IMG/VR virus record: IMGVR_UViG_3300035670_000230 | Location: 1 to 59,775 of that record | Length of the DNA stretch: 59,775 nucleotides | Strand: one strand, 5' to 3' | From: a virus | Lineage: Duplodnaviria > Caudoviricetes | Part shown: piece by piece, positions 41,196 through 52,990 of the stretch | Layout of the letters: every line of letters begins with the position of its first letter | Numbering within the stretch: the first letter of the stretch is position 1 | Translations under genes and position numbers: made by a program | The notes under the pieces: model-generated | Seen by the model: only the letters and a program-made list of their open reading frames with translations | The model's database searches: none | Told to the model about the DNA's origin: nothing

Positions 41196-43589
41196 CTATC
41201 GTGCGAGAGAGGTCTTAAAGGGGTTTTCTGCGAAGGCCATGTAAATGTAGGTAATTCCGCTACCGTTCCATGCTGTGTCGGATGTTCTAATTTTAAAACC
41301 GTTAGACGTAAAATCTTGAGTTGTAAAAGTTCCTTCAGCATCAGATGCTTGTGGTTGAAGGTATTTTGTTTCTGGGTTAAATGTATCTCGCTTATTATCC
41401 TCAATTGTCCAGATATATCCTGCACTTGTTCCTTTAACCATCACAAACGCTGGCCTAAACCCCGTGTATACGAAAGGCCCGTCCGTAGAAGCATTACCTG
41501 TATAGCTCCCGAACTTGGAGAAGCCTTCTACCTCTGCGAAACAGTAGGCGATGTAGGTTGCGGTATTGGTGTTTGTCCAGCCCGTATCACCTATGGTGAA
41601 AACGCTGCTTGTTGGAGCAGTATCGTTCCACGGGCCTGCGTTATCTGCGACAGCATTTGTTGTTTCAAGTGTCAGGTAATCCGTTTGCGGATCAGAAGCC
41701 ACGCCCTTGTGATACACGAGCCAGTTGGAAGTTGCGCTGCGACTTTTGACAATCATCATCGCTGGCACAGCACCCAACCCATGTCCCACCGTAGCACCAA
41801 CAACACCAGTACCCGTATAAGTAACAATACTAAACCCGCTGGTCGTACTCACAGATACAGTAGAAGCAATCGTACCCGCTGTGTTGCTTACGCCAGCACC
41901 GTTGGCTTTCCAGACCCAACCCACATAATTTCTTCCGGTTTCGTTTGTTCTTCCATTAAGAGAACCTGTGTTGTCTGCTCCAAGACTTATAGCATTGCTA
42001 CCAAAACTCGTAATTGCGTTGTACCCAGTTGTTTCTGCGTCCGTGCTTTGTGATGAAATTAATGCGCCAGTTCCACGCAATACATCCCACCATGCGTGAC
42101 CCGCCGTATCCCCTCTGCTTTTATTCCAAATCCACCCAGGAGCAAATTCCAAAGCAATGGATTGGGTTGAACTGTTACCTGCCCAAAGTTTTGTATCAAA
42201 GTATTTATTACCCTGCACCACCGTTGGCTCTGGTAGGTTCGTTGTGCAGAGTGCTTTGAAACCTGATGGGGCGGTGTATGCGAAGGGGCGTTGACCGAAG
42301 TTGATGCTAAACGCTGAAGAAGCGGCTGGAGTAACGGTAATAAAATGAAGACCTGTAAGGCTAGATGCCAAAGTTCCTTGCGATACATTGTTTTTATACA
42401 TTACAACGGTTCCGGCAGATTCATCTATGGCAATACCAATAACATCTCCCCCTGTATATGATGCACCATAGGCGGTTAAAGACGCACCGTTATACTTTTC
42501 ACCACTTGCCATATATGCAGTACCGCCACCTGCATCGCCACCTTGTATATCTGACCCTATAAAATTTTTAGTGGCGGGAGCTATTCCAAATGAAGGGTAG
42601 TAGGTTGAAGCTACAGTTGTTACATTTAACTCGGCATACCACTTATTGCTTCCTCCAAAGTTAACTGCAAATGTAGTTGGTATTTCTCCGTATGTAGCCC
42701 CGCCCCCAATCGACCCAGAACTTAAATTTCCATTGGTTACTGTCACAAAAGTGCTTGATATTAACAAAGGATTCAGCGTAGCGTAGTTCCCCCGCACCTC
42801 ACCACCAGCACCCGTGTCTGTACCGTACTGTGTAGGTGTGTCCACCAGAGAATCGTTGCCAGCACCCGCAGTTACAGAGAAGTTGTTAAGTGTCCAGTTG
42901 TTAGACCCTGCATGATCCTCACCAAGCGTGGTTGTGCTTGTGTTGTCTGAGAAGTCGAGATAGAACCCGTTTGTGCCGTAGGAACCCGCATAAGCAATAG
43001 GTGACCAGACTCCTGTGGTTGCGTTGGTTTCACCGAAAGAGGTAGGGGTGAGTGCTTGACCGTCTATGAAGTTTATTTCGGTCATGTAGCCGTTGAATTG
43101 CGGAGAAGAAGAATTTTCCCCGCCTAAAGTATGGGCCTGAGTAGTGTTTATTGCACCATCTAAATTTAAAGTGGGTGTCGTTGTAAAACTTAAAGTCTGC
43201 TGAACTCCGTTGACATAAATTTTCATCCTGTCAGAACCAGTAGCCTGTGTTGTATCCCAGACACCCACAACATGATACCAAGCAGAAACATCACGAAATA
43301 CCGCAACGGTACTTGCTTCAACAATAGCAGGCCCGTATGTGTAAAGTTTGTCTTGATAAAAAGCAATGTACTGCCTTGAAGAAGGATCAACCGCAAAAAG
43401 TGCTTCAAAATAGGAAGAACCTAATTTGCTCCGCTTTACCCACCCACTCCAAGTCCAAGTCTTTCTATCACCCGCACTTGCTGGTGTCCTACTCAGATAC
43501 GCAGAGTCAGCAGAGTTAAACCGCAGACTGCGGGAGATTTGGTACTCGCCGCCAGTGCCTGCCGCTAATGTTTTAAGAATGTTACTCAT
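41196..43589 (-). CDS. Tail fibre with LamG/concanavalin, SPRY and repeated C-terminal modules
   Basis: 'SLRFNS.D...L.RT', 'RD.SAWYH', 'YGTNGFYL.F', 'NFGQ.PF...P.GF', 'GFSIVTYTG', 'YIYMAFAE.PF'. Confidence 0.8.
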   Translation of the reverse strand: MSNILKTLAAGTGGEYQISRSLRFNSADSAYLSRTPASAGDRKTWTWSGWVKRSKLGSSYFEALFAVDPSSRQYIAFYQDKLYTYGPAIVEASTVAVFRDVSAWYHVVGVWDTTQATGSDRMKIYVNGVQQTLSFTTTPTLNLDGAINTTQAHTLGGENSSSPQFNGYMTEINFIDGQALTPTSFGETNATTGVWSPIAYAGSYGTNGFYLDFSDNTSTTTLGEDHAGSNNWTLNNFSVTAGAGNDSLVDTPTQYGTDTGAGGEVRGNYATLNPLLISSTFVTVTNGNLSSGSIGGGATYGEIPTTFAVNFGGSNKWYAELNVTTVASTYYPSFGIAPATKNFIGSDIQGGDAGGGTAYMASGEKYNGASLTAYGASYTGGDVIGIAIDESAGTVVMYKNNVSQGTLASSLTGLHFITVTPAASSAFSINFGQRPFAYTAPSGFKALCTTNLPEPTVVQGNKYFDTKLWAGNSSTQSIALEFAPGWIWNKSRGDTAGHAWWDVLRGTGALISSQSTDAETTGYNAITSFGSNAISLGADNTGSLNGRTNETGRNYVGWVWKANGAGVSNTAGTIASTVSVSTTSGFSIVTYTGTGVVGATVGHGLGAVPAMMIVKSRSATSNWLVYHKGVASDPQTDYLTLETTNAVADNAGPWNDTAPTSSVFTIGDTGWTNTNTATYIAYCFAEVEGFSKFGSYTGNASTDGPFVYTGFRPAFVMVKGTSAGYIWTIEDNKRDTFNPETKYLQPQASDAEGTFTTQDFTSNGFKIRTSDTAWNGSGITYIYMAFAENPFKTSLAR

Positions 43590-43987
43590 TAGGGTTGTCC
43601 CACTTCCGTACCATAAATGTTAGCTCCCACCTTCCACAGCAAAATCCATGTATAACCAGACGTTGCAAGTGTTGGGGCCGTAGCAGACCCACCCGCCTTC
43701 ACCCATGTAACCCCGACCGTTGCCCAAGTGATTGTGTAAGCAGTACCGTCATCAATGCCAAGCAATACAGTCTGCCCCGCATCAAAGTTAGTTGCCGCTG
43801 GTGTACGACTAGCACCAAGTGTGACCACCTGAATAGAACCATTGCCGGGATCAATTTGAAATCCAGCACCGTCTGTGATGGTATGTACCGTGTCTGTGAA
43901 CTCACCAGCAAAAACGTATTGAACATCTCCCGATTGAAGTTCTTTGATGGTCGTGCCATCGAGTATGAGTGGGTAGCGTGAGGCCAT
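43589..43987 (-). CDS. Tail-associated protein
   Basis: Beta-rich sequence in the fibre cluster. Confidence 0.65.
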   Translation of the reverse strand: MASRYPLILDGTTIKELQSGDVQYVFAGEFTDTVHTITDGAGFQIDPGNGSIQVVTLGASRTPAATNFDAGQTVLLGIDDGTAYTITWATVGVTWVKAGGSATAPTLATSGYTWILLWKVGANIYGTEVGQP

Positions 43988-43997
43988 GATTCAGTCC

Positions 43998-44150
43998 TTA
44001 TGTCACTGGGACGTTGATAATAGAAGTTGCACGGTTTGTAACTTGTAAAAAACCATTTGATAAGGATACGTTCACGCCAGAGCCAGATCGGTTAAGTACA
44101 GTCAAAACCGTTGCCGTTCCTGATCGAATGATGCTTGAAAGTGTTGCCAT
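43998..44150 (-). CDS. 50-aa peptide MATLSSIIRSGTATVLTVLNRSGSGVNVSLSNGFLQVTNRATSIINVPVT (not in ORF track)
   Basis: GGAG RBS; fills the gap exactly; internal 'L.V.NR' duplication. Confidence 0.7.
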   Translation of the reverse strand: MATLSSIIRSGTATVLTVLNRSGSGVNVSLSNGFLQVTNRATSIINVPVT

Positions 44151-44153
44151 GAT

Positions 44154-44531
44154 TTACTCCGTGATCTCAATCCAGTTTGTCGTTACCTCATCCCACTGAT
44201 AACGCTTAGGTGGTTCACCTGTGCCAGCATCTTCAGGCATGGTTACTGGAGCATCCCATTGTGCCAAATCGGTATTAAGAATCCAAGAGTTAAAAGGCTT
44301 AGGAGGCACAAAAGCATCTAGGTCTTCATTAAACGTATAACCCAGTCCCGCATAGTTCTTGCGGATGGAGCCGTTATAACTTGTTTGCTTCCATGTACCG
44401 CCAAGCAGTCTTTCGCAGAACGCAATGCCAATGCTTTCCTTCTCGACACCAGAAGCGTCAGCACAGTCTTTGTTGTCCACCACAATCACTTGGGTTACAA
44501 CACCGTCTTCAATCTTAGCGTAGTGCGCCAT
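44154..44531 (-). CDS. Conserved fibre-associated protein
   Basis: 'MAHYAKI...V..VIVV', 'W.QTSYN..IRKNYAG.GY.F....DAF.PPKP..SW'. Confidence 0.8.
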   Translation of the reverse strand: MAHYAKIEDGVVTQVIVVDNKDCADASGVEKESIGIAFCERLLGGTWKQTSYNGSIRKNYAGLGYTFNEDLDAFVPPKPFNSWILNTDLAQWDAPVTMPEDAGTGEPPKRYQWDEVTTNWIEITE

Positions 44532-45135
44532 CTAACTCTCCAATCTGTAAGCCAGTTAAATTCATTTCATCCCCTACCAAACCTATGGGGAAAGTATTAA
44601 ACGACAGACTGATTCTTGTCTGATCGCCCTGTACCGTTTCAACCATGTGCGTAAGGCTTGAGGGAAATAGAACTAGATCACCTGTACCCACCTCGAACCA
44701 CCAGCTCTCCGAGTTCCAGATATTCCACTCCGCAGGGGGAAACTTGATCTGCTGGAACCCATCACGGTAGAAGTAAATCTTGTCTGTTTCTCTGTTGGCC
44801 TGTGGATAAAACACACCAGAGACAAACGAGTTAGGATGTGCGTGTTTATGATGGAACTCACCAGGCTCTGTGTAGTTTGTCCACGACTGCGTAATGCGTA
44901 GGTTTACATTGTGCTTGGGGTTGTGGATGGTCTTAAAGTATTCCGCAACCTTGGTTTCCATGAAGTCCCGCAGCTTAGTCATCTCCTTACTGCGGAGAAG
45001 CGTGTTGTTGACAGAAGTCGTGTTGCCCATGTTAGGCCGTGTTTCTTGGCCCTTGATAAACGACAATTCCTTCTGCGTTAGATCACGCTCTAGCTTGTAG
45101 ATCGCAACAGGTGTGGGAAATAGGTTGTGGATCAT
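44515..45135 (-). CDS. 2OG-Fe(II) oxygenase (TIGR02466-like)
   Basis: 'LFPTP', 'SW.N....G..H..H.HPNS.VSGVFY', 'LFPS.L.H.V', 'RISLSFN'. Confidence 0.9.
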   Translation of the reverse strand: MIHNLFPTPVAIYKLERDLTQKELSFIKGQETRPNMGNTTSVNNTLLRSKEMTKLRDFMETKVAEYFKTIHNPKHNVNLRITQSWTNYTEPGEFHHKHAHPNSFVSGVFYPQANRETDKIYFYRDGFQQIKFPPAEWNIWNSESWWFEVGTGDLVLFPSSLTHMVETVQGDQTRISLSFNTFPIGLVGDEMNLTGLQIGELDGALR

Positions 45136-45362
45136 TTTCTTCCAGTAAGTTCTTCTATCTGCTCAGGTAGCCAGATGGTGTTTATGGAGTCCTCAAACGC
45201 CTGAATCTTATCCATGACTTCTCTGACTTCTTCCATGCTTGGTTGCGGTCTTGGGTCATCCCACTTTGTTATGACTGAGTTTGAGATTTCCCATTTAGCA
45301 CCGGGTCGAAGTAGGTGCATGGCTGTGTCGATGCCGTACAAACGATAAAGTTTTGCGTCCAT
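45132..45362 (-). CDS. Small fibre-associated protein (XkdW-like)
   Basis: 'A...LRPGAKW...W.DPRPQPS.EE'. Confidence 0.65.
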   Translation of the reverse strand: MDAKLYRLYGIDTAMHLLRPGAKWEISNSVITKWDDPRPQPSMEEVREVMDKIQAFEDSINTIWLPEQIEELTGRK

Positions 45363-45364
45363 AG

Positions 45365-47113
45365 TTAAGTCGTGTATTTGATAATTACGATGCCAGAGCC
45401 GCCAGATACCCCAGCGACAGTTATATCTCCAGCCCCAGAGCAACTATTACCACCAGCACCGCCACCAGTATTTGCGGCTCCAGCAGTTCCTGGGTTGTTT
45501 GCACTAGGGCCGGAGGCTCCTGCTGCACCTCCTCCACCAGCAGATGCGGTTCCAATCGTTCCTCCGTTGTATGAACCGCCTGCGCCACCCGAAGCATAAG
45601 TTACGCTTGTTCCAGTAATACTTGAAGACGATCCAAGTCCCCCATTACCGCCATTAGATGTAGTTCCGTTTCCTCCTGTACCACCTGCGCCTCCCCCACC
45701 GCCGCTTCCAAAATTAGGAGAGTTTCCACCAGCACCACCGTTACTGCCTTGGCTAGGAGATGTGTTTGGAGTGTTTCCTGAACCACCTGCATTTGCAAAT
45801 TCCGGGCCACCTCCACCACCAGAACCACCATCTCCTCCTACACCAAGAGCCGATCCACCAAATCCACCGCCAGCAGACACAATACCGGGAGATTGAAAAG
45901 GTGATGAAGAACCACCAACAATTGAAGAACTAAATCCTTGAGAACCTGAATTTTTTGCACCAGATGCACCACCAGGGCCACCTGCACCAACAGTAATAGT
46001 GTAAGTCGTTCCGGCTGTAACAGATTGTCCTGATGCTGTTCTGTATCCACCAGCACCACCAGCACCACCTTGCGCTGAACCTGCGCCACCCCCACCCGCA
46101 ACCACAAGGTAGTCCACAGAGGTCACCCCCGTAGGCGCAACCCACGAACCCGATCCGTTATAAATGTGCGTGACAGTTGTTCCTGTAGGTACAAGGTATT
46201 TTAGGATAACGATGCCAGAGCCGCCTGCGCCGCCTTGATAATTTGTTGCTCCAGCATCCGCATAACCTCCTCCACCGCCACCGCCGCCAGTATTTGCAGT
46301 ACCGGATGTTGCTGTTGTATTAAAACTTCCCGCCCCGCCACCTCCAGCACCTCCAGCACCCACTGGAATTAAACCGAGTGTTCCTTCACCGCCACCACCA
46401 CCGCCAGCATAGGGAACAGAAGAACCAGAAATAGAAGATGCTATGCCTGCGCCACCGTTTCCGTTTGTTTGTCCGTTATCGCCAGCCGCAAATGCGCCAC
46501 CACCTCCAGCCCCTCTAAATTCTCCAGATATATTAGTACCAGGGGATGAACCGCCATTATTTCCTTGACTGGGAGAGGTAACTGGAGTATTCCCAGTTCC
46601 ACCCGTTCCAGCAAATCTGCCAGCACTACCGCCGCCGGAGCCACCATTAAAGCCATTGCCCGTGTCACCATGCCCGCCGCCGCCTCCACCATTTGAAGTA
46701 ATGGTGCTAAACACAGAATTAGAACCAGTTGCCCCGTTATTTGCACCACCTGTTCCTGGGCCACCAGTAGGTGCGCCACCAGCACCACCAGCACCAACGG
46801 TAACGGTATAAGTCGTTCCAGCAGTTACAGAAAAACCTGCGGCTGTACGAAAGCCACCTGCCCCGCCACCACCCGAAAAACGACTACCACCGCCACCCCC
46901 ACCCGCAACAACCAGATACTCCACCTCTGTAACACCTGTAGGGCATACCCACTCACCAGTAGCAGTAAAGGATTGGATGACGGTTACATACATCTGAGGC
47001 CAACTGCCAGCCCCTACTGCCAATGCAACCGCAGATAAAGACCAAATGCCTTTAGCCGCACTAGAAGTTGGTGCGTTAGCTACACCAATGATGGAACCAT
47101 TCTCACGGCTCAT
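45365..47113 (-). CDS. Glycine-rich fibre protein with two tandem repeats
   Basis: Two copies of 'W..PTGVT.V.YLVVAGGG...GGSGIVI.KY'. Confidence 0.85.
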   Translation of the reverse strand: MSRENGSIIGVANAPTSSAAKGIWSLSAVALAVGAGSWPQMYVTVIQSFTATGEWVCPTGVTEVEYLVVAGGGGGGSRFSGGGGAGGFRTAAGFSVTAGTTYTVTVGAGGAGGAPTGGPGTGGANNGATGSNSVFSTITSNGGGGGGHGDTGNGFNGGSGGGSAGRFAGTGGTGNTPVTSPSQGNNGGSSPGTNISGEFRGAGGGGAFAAGDNGQTNGNGGAGIASSISGSSVPYAGGGGGGEGTLGLIPVGAGGAGGGGAGSFNTTATSGTANTGGGGGGGGYADAGATNYQGGAGGSGIVILKYLVPTGTTVTHIYNGSGSWVAPTGVTSVDYLVVAGGGGAGSAQGGAGGAGGYRTASGQSVTAGTTYTITVGAGGPGGASGAKNSGSQGFSSSIVGGSSSPFQSPGIVSAGGGFGGSALGVGGDGGSGGGGGPEFANAGGSGNTPNTSPSQGSNGGAGGNSPNFGSGGGGGAGGTGGNGTTSNGGNGGLGSSSSITGTSVTYASGGAGGSYNGGTIGTASAGGGGAAGASGPSANNPGTAGAANTGGGAGGNSCSGAGDITVAGVSGGSGIVIIKYTT

Positions 47114-47460
47114 TAGCTAATAACCTCGTAAGAACAAACTGCTTCTAAATCGCTTGTTGCATTTGCAGTTAATCGCAAAGCATCACCTTCTTCAAGATAA
47201 ATAGATTTGCTAATAACATCTAATGTTGCATCTGCTGGAACAACAACCGTCTTAGCAACATGATAGGCAGTAGAGGAGCGATAAATGTCTACATTAACCT
47301 CCGCATTACTTGTGCCATCTACATTGCTAACATAAAGAGCATTAACTTTAACAACGGTATCAGATGCCGCAGTTACAATTGCAGTCGCAGATGTTCCTAC
47401 TGCTTGCACTGCAGTTTTGCCTGTGATCGTTACGACGTTGACTATATTTGGGGCCGCCAT
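47113..47460 (-). CDS. Conserved structural protein
   Basis: 'MAAPNIVNV.TI.GKT...N.DG...VPADATL....K.IYLEEGD...SYE.IS'. Confidence 0.75.
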   Translation of the reverse strand: MAAPNIVNVVTITGKTAVQAVGTSATAIVTAASDTVVKVNALYVSNVDGTSNAEVNVDIYRSSTAYHVAKTVVVPADATLDVISKSIYLEEGDALRLTANATSDLEAVCSYEVIS

Positions 47461-47470
47461 TTAATTCTCC

Positions 47471-49158
<1,688 letters not shown>

Positions 49159-49162
<4 letters not shown>

Positions 49163-49509
49163 CGTGTGACCTCTTTAGAGAACTCAACTGCTCCTTCGAT
49201 CAAACGAGTAACCGCACCACTGGCGTTTTCAACTTCAAGATCATATACACCGCAGCCAAAGTCAAGATCATCTGTAACCGTAGCAGGAATAGTTACCGTA
49301 ATCGTACCTAAGGCTCCGCCAAGAACAATACGTCCGTCTGTAGTAGAGGCTTCAACAATCACAGTGGAGGACTGTTTGGTGCGACGCACCTGCATCCGAG
49401 CTGTGTAGCTTGTGAGATCAATGGGTGAATTGCTGCTGTCCTTCCACGTAATAACTAACGAGAAGGTTGCCCCTTGCTCCATGTATAAATCATAGTTGCC
49501 AGCAGCCAT
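49159..49509 (-). CDS. Fibre-anchoring/BppU-like protein
   Basis: 'EQGATF', '[11 protein letters not shown]', 'VYDLE', 'RLIEG'. Confidence 0.7.
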
Positions 49510-49521
49510 ATCAAATCTCCA

Positions 49522-50133
49522 TTACGCAACAGGTCGTGCTCTAACCCGTAAATCGATGTTTCGTTTATCTCGTATCTCAGCATCTGCAATTGCTTTCTCA
49601 TACATAGCCCTATGCATCTCAGCCATAGTAGGGTCAGTCCAGTCTTTGCCGGGAATACGAGCAAGTTGAGCAATTGCACCACTCACTAATTTGTCAGCCC
49701 AAGTCTCGTAAATCCAAGTTTTTACACTTGTTGCAGTGCGGGAAGGCTTGAGAACTAATTCATACTGCAATGTATAGACTGCATCAGGTATAAAAAACAA
49801 ACGCAGTGTGTCGTCGTTTTTAAGCCAGTAAGCAGAAGGCTGACCTGTTCGGGTAAGTTCTGTGTGGTCTACAAGTCTTGGGTCTGTGCTAGATAGTTCA
49901 ATACCATTACAGGTTACCCATTGGACAGCTTCAACTTTAGCCACACCACCGCACAGATCGTACTCTGCTTGCTCAGCAACGGTTGCAAGAACTTCAGATG
50001 TTTCCCGCCACAACTGGGTACGCATACAAAAGTCTGCCGTTGTCGAAGCAAGATATGTCTTAAGCGTTGCCTCAGGACAAGTAGGTAGGTGCGGCTGAAT
50101 AAGAGGGAGAAAAGTTTCCCATTTCGTATACAT
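49522..50133 (-). CDS. Head-tail adaptor/tail tubular protein
   Basis: 'P.CP.......FC..T..WRE', 'LKPS', 'IPGK.W.D...A'. Confidence 0.65.
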   Translation of the reverse strand: MYTKWETFLPLIQPHLPTCPEATLKTYLASTTADFCMRTQLWRETSEVLATVAEQAEYDLCGGVAKVEAVQWVTCNGIELSSTDPRLVDHTELTRTGQPSAYWLKNDDTLRLFFIPDAVYTLQYELVLKPSRTATSVKTWIYETWADKLVSGAIAQLARIPGKDWTDPTMAEMHRAMYEKAIADAEIRDKRNIDLRVRARPVA

Positions 50134-50810
50134 TAAGAAGCTCCCGGTTGTACAGCTTGGTCGCTTTGGGTCTTAATACCAAGGCCGTTTTGGAATGCTT
50201 GGTAATGTGCAACCGCACGAGACGCATTAGAGGGTTGGTCAGAATCTTTCGTGTATGCCCTGTACAGGATGTAGTCCAGAATTGCATTGGCATAGCTATC
50301 TGAGATATTAATTACGGTTGTCGTTGCAGGATTGGTCAACTGTTCTTCAGTTAACGCATGTGCCGCAGGCACAGTGTTGTACACCACCTCAAGCTGCGTA
50401 GATGTCGTAGCAGGCGGATACACCAAAAACTCCGTTGCAAAACGGGGGTCATAAATGTATAGCTGTGTATTGACAGACCCATTTTCGTTATACCAACCGG
50501 GACGATCTGTATCCAAAGATCTACGGGTAACAATGCGAACGCCTTGCTTGGTCGATGTTGCTGCTTTGTTAGATATAACCTCAAGCAGTCGGTTTGCCGT
50601 AGCAAGCGAAGATGTTAGGTTTTGGCGATAGCCAGCTACACAGGTAAATGTGGATGTTTGCGAATTAGCATCAGGACGAAGATTTACAATTTCCCGATAA
50701 CTATCGTTTAACCAATATTGAAGCTCTACTGCCGCCCACCGAGTTGCTGTCGTGTCAAGCAGTAGCGTCTGTGCTCTCGTAATAATATCAACGACTTTGA
50801 CTGTCGCCAC
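50133..50810 (-). CDS. Head-tail adaptor (DUF6682-like)
   Basis: 'L.D....RW...EL..WLND', 'RPDA', 'VYPP', 'DYILYRAY.KD'. Confidence 0.7.
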   Translation of the reverse strand: MATVKVVDIITRAQTLLLDTTATRWAAVELQYWLNDSYREIVNLRPDANSQTSTFTCVAGYRQNLTSSLATANRLLEVISNKAATSTKQGVRIVTRRSLDTDRPGWYNENGSVNTQLYIYDPRFATEFLVYPPATTSTQLEVVYNTVPAAHALTEEQLTNPATTTVINISDSYANAILDYILYRAYTKDSDQPSNASRAVAHYQAFQNGLGIKTQSDQAVQPGAS

Positions 50811-50822
50811 GGCATACTCCGG

Positions 50823-51083
50823 TTAGTCCAGATCTAGTTGGATATTATCGTCAATATCGAGCTTCTCTTCAACTGGTTCTGGTTGTTTAGCTTTACGCCC
50901 CCGCTTAATCACAGGAACTTCGGGTTCCCCGGCAGCAAGATTTTTACCTTCGGGAGTAAATTCCATGTTATCGCCGTTCAAACGCCCGAGGATTATATAG
51001 TCCTTACCACGACGAATACGAGCTTGGCCTCGTACAATTTCACCACCAAGCTGTTCTACAAGTTCATAAACGGTCATATACAT
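50823..51083 (-). CDS. Hypothetical protein
   Basis: RBS present; lies in the head module. Confidence 0.65.
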   Translation of the reverse strand: MYMTVYELVEQLGGEIVRGQARIRRGKDYIILGRLNGDNMEFTPEGKNLAAGEPEVPVIKRGRKAKQPEPVEEKLDIDDNIQLDLD

Positions 51084-51120
51084 CCTTAAAGGTCCGGGGG
51101 ACTAGCCCCCGGGTTAATAC

Positions 51121-51483
51121 TTAGGCAGGTGTAGCAACACCACCGAGCATGGCGATCCAAGTCAGACCGTCCGTGCCGATTTGAACGAACTCAACAGTCT
51201 GCTGTTGACCGACAGCAAGGCCAGTGTTAGCGGCAGCGCCGTTAATTGTTCCACCCGTGTTGGGGAAAATCTTAACGTCTTGAGCTGAGTCAAGGTTAGC
51301 AACCATGATACGAGCGCCTTGGGGCATGTCAGCAGGCAGAATGCCCGAGTCATTATCCGTAGCAACAGTCGTAAAGGTTACGTAAGCACCAGTAATAGCA
51401 GTAGCGCCAGAAACAGCGCCGCCTGCAAGAGCCGTAAGGCCAGTTTGAACACCGCCAATGACGGTAGCGAATTGCGTAGACAT
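51121..51483 (-). CDS. Putative capsid decoration protein, paralog 2
   Basis: Downstream of the MCP; shares 'LP...G....V.N......FP..G..ING..AN' with 51502..51882. Confidence 0.6.
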   Translation of the reverse strand: MSTQFATVIGGVQTGLTALAGGAVSGATAITGAYVTFTTVATDNDSGILPADMPQGARIMVANLDSAQDVKIFPNTGGTINGAAANTGLAVGQQQTVEFVQIGTDGLTWIAMLGGVATPA

Positions 51484-51501
51484 ATTTATCTCCTAAAAAG
51501 A

Positions 51502-51882
51502 TTAAGCGCCACTAGGGCCAGTAGGACCAGTAGGACCAGTGACTGAAGTATCAACGTCAATGTCAGCACCCCAGTTACCATCACCAAGCGAAACATACAC
51601 AGCCATAGCGTTAGCACGAAGCGTTACCGCCGCATTAGCAGAACCACCATTGATGGCCTTACCAACAGCAGGGAACACATCCAAAGCTACTGCCGTGGTA
51701 TTAACAACCGTAAGGCTGTCACCAGCAGGCCATCTAGGAAGAATCAGGCCATCTGCAGAAGTACCCGTTGCCGAAGTGACGATGTTGAGATCGTCAGCAA
51801 CCAGTTTTGCAGTAGCTTGAGAGTTCCCAGTAGCAGCCACAGCACCGTTGACTGTATTGAAAACACGATACAAACCGCTCAT
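51502..51882 (-). CDS. Putative capsid decoration protein, paralog 1
   Basis: Same shared motif as 51121..51483; C-terminal (TGP)3. Confidence 0.6.
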   Translation of the reverse strand: MSGLYRVFNTVNGAVAATGNSQATAKLVADDLNIVTSATGTSADGLILPRWPAGDSLTVVNTTAVALDVFPAVGKAINGGSANAAVTLRANAMAVYVSLGDGNWGADIDVDTSVTGPTGPTGPSGA

Positions 51883-51902
51883 TTTGAACCTCCGTTCGTT
51901 AA

Positions 51903-51924
51903 TTGGGGGGCGTTAGCCCCCCAA
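51903..51924 (-). terminator. Hairpin after the major capsid gene
   Basis: TTGGGGGG-CGTTAG-CCCCCCAA; short U tract; a similar hairpin lies at 51094-51112. Confidence 0.55.
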
Positions 51925-51927
51925 AGT

Positions 51928-52929
51928 TTAGGTTGAAGAACCAACCTGAGTAACCACAAGAGCCTCAGGCTTCAGGGTCTTACGACCGTAGATAGCAAGG
52001 CCACGAACGATGTCACCGAAGTCCGTCTGGTTACGCAAAGGCTCAGTCTTGTTGACAGTCATAGCAAAGCCAACAGCGTCTTTGGTACCAGCGATCATGG
52101 TGCGACGAACCTTAGCATTACTAACAGCACCGCCAGTAGAAGGATCGGTTAGGCCAGATACAAGAGCTTTACCAGCAGCACCACGAGGCAGGAGGTTCGA
52201 CACATAGACCGTGAAGCGGTCGAGCATACCAATCTTACCAGTACGAATCGTGCTTGCTTGGTCGCCAGTGAAGTAGGCTTGAGCAATGTTGGATTGCATC
52301 AAGAGGTGGCGGTCGAAAGGAGTTATGATAAGCCAACGACCATCTTCGGGAACATTCTGCTCATCAAGAACAGACGACATACGAAGGATGGCTTGAAGGA
52401 CGTTAGCAGGTGTGCTCTGATCGACAGGAGTTGTATCCGTACCGAGGTTATAAGCAGCAGAGATAGCACCAGCAGTAGCGCCTTCGTTGGCAGCAGCAGG
52501 ACCCTCAGTCACGAAGGAATTGAAGAACACCTCATCTTCCATCTTGATTTTGAGCTGCTTGGCAGCGTCCTCAGTAAACATGTTCATCAGGTCCATGTCG
52601 GACTGATAACCAAGAACGTCGCTCACCTGAACGCCGAAGTACAAGCCCTTGTTGATCTGCATGTCGGTGAAGATCGGGGTGGGCACTTCGTAGCTAAGGT
52701 TGTTGCCAACTTCGTACTCAGAAATATTGATAGTAGGAGCGGTACGAATACGGACCGTATCGCCTTGGTTCTTCAGCTCACCTTCCCAAGTCGTATTGCA
52801 GACCTCGGAAAGCATGGTGTTCTGGTAGAACTTGGCATTGAGCTTGCCAGACCAGAGGGTAGGAATAAAGCTACCGGAGTAGCTAGGATTGGTATTAAAC
52901 GGTGCATTGACCGGGTAAACAGCAGCCAT
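51928..52929 (-). CDS. Major capsid protein
   Basis: 'FIPTLWSGKL', 'GE.KNQGDTVRIRT.P', 'LDEQNVPEDGRW', 'FGDIVRGL.IYG.K...PEAL'; AAGGAGG RBS. Confidence 0.9.
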   Translation of the reverse strand: MAAVYPVNAPFNTNPSYSGSFIPTLWSGKLNAKFYQNTMLSEVCNTTWEGELKNQGDTVRIRTAPTINISEYEVGNNLSYEVPTPIFTDMQINKGLYFGVQVSDVLGYQSDMDLMNMFTEDAAKQLKIKMEDEVFFNSFVTEGPAAANEGATAGAISAAYNLGTDTTPVDQSTPANVLQAILRMSSVLDEQNVPEDGRWLIITPFDRHLLMQSNIAQAYFTGDQASTIRTGKIGMLDRFTVYVSNLLPRGAAGKALVSGLTDPSTGGAVSNAKVRRTMIAGTKDAVGFAMTVNKTEPLRNQTDFGDIVRGLAIYGRKTLKPEALVVTQVGSST

Positions 52930-52990
52930 GATGGCCTCCTTATGAAAAATAAAAGATCAAGTTGGTTCGATCTCGGCTGCTGTTATTGGA

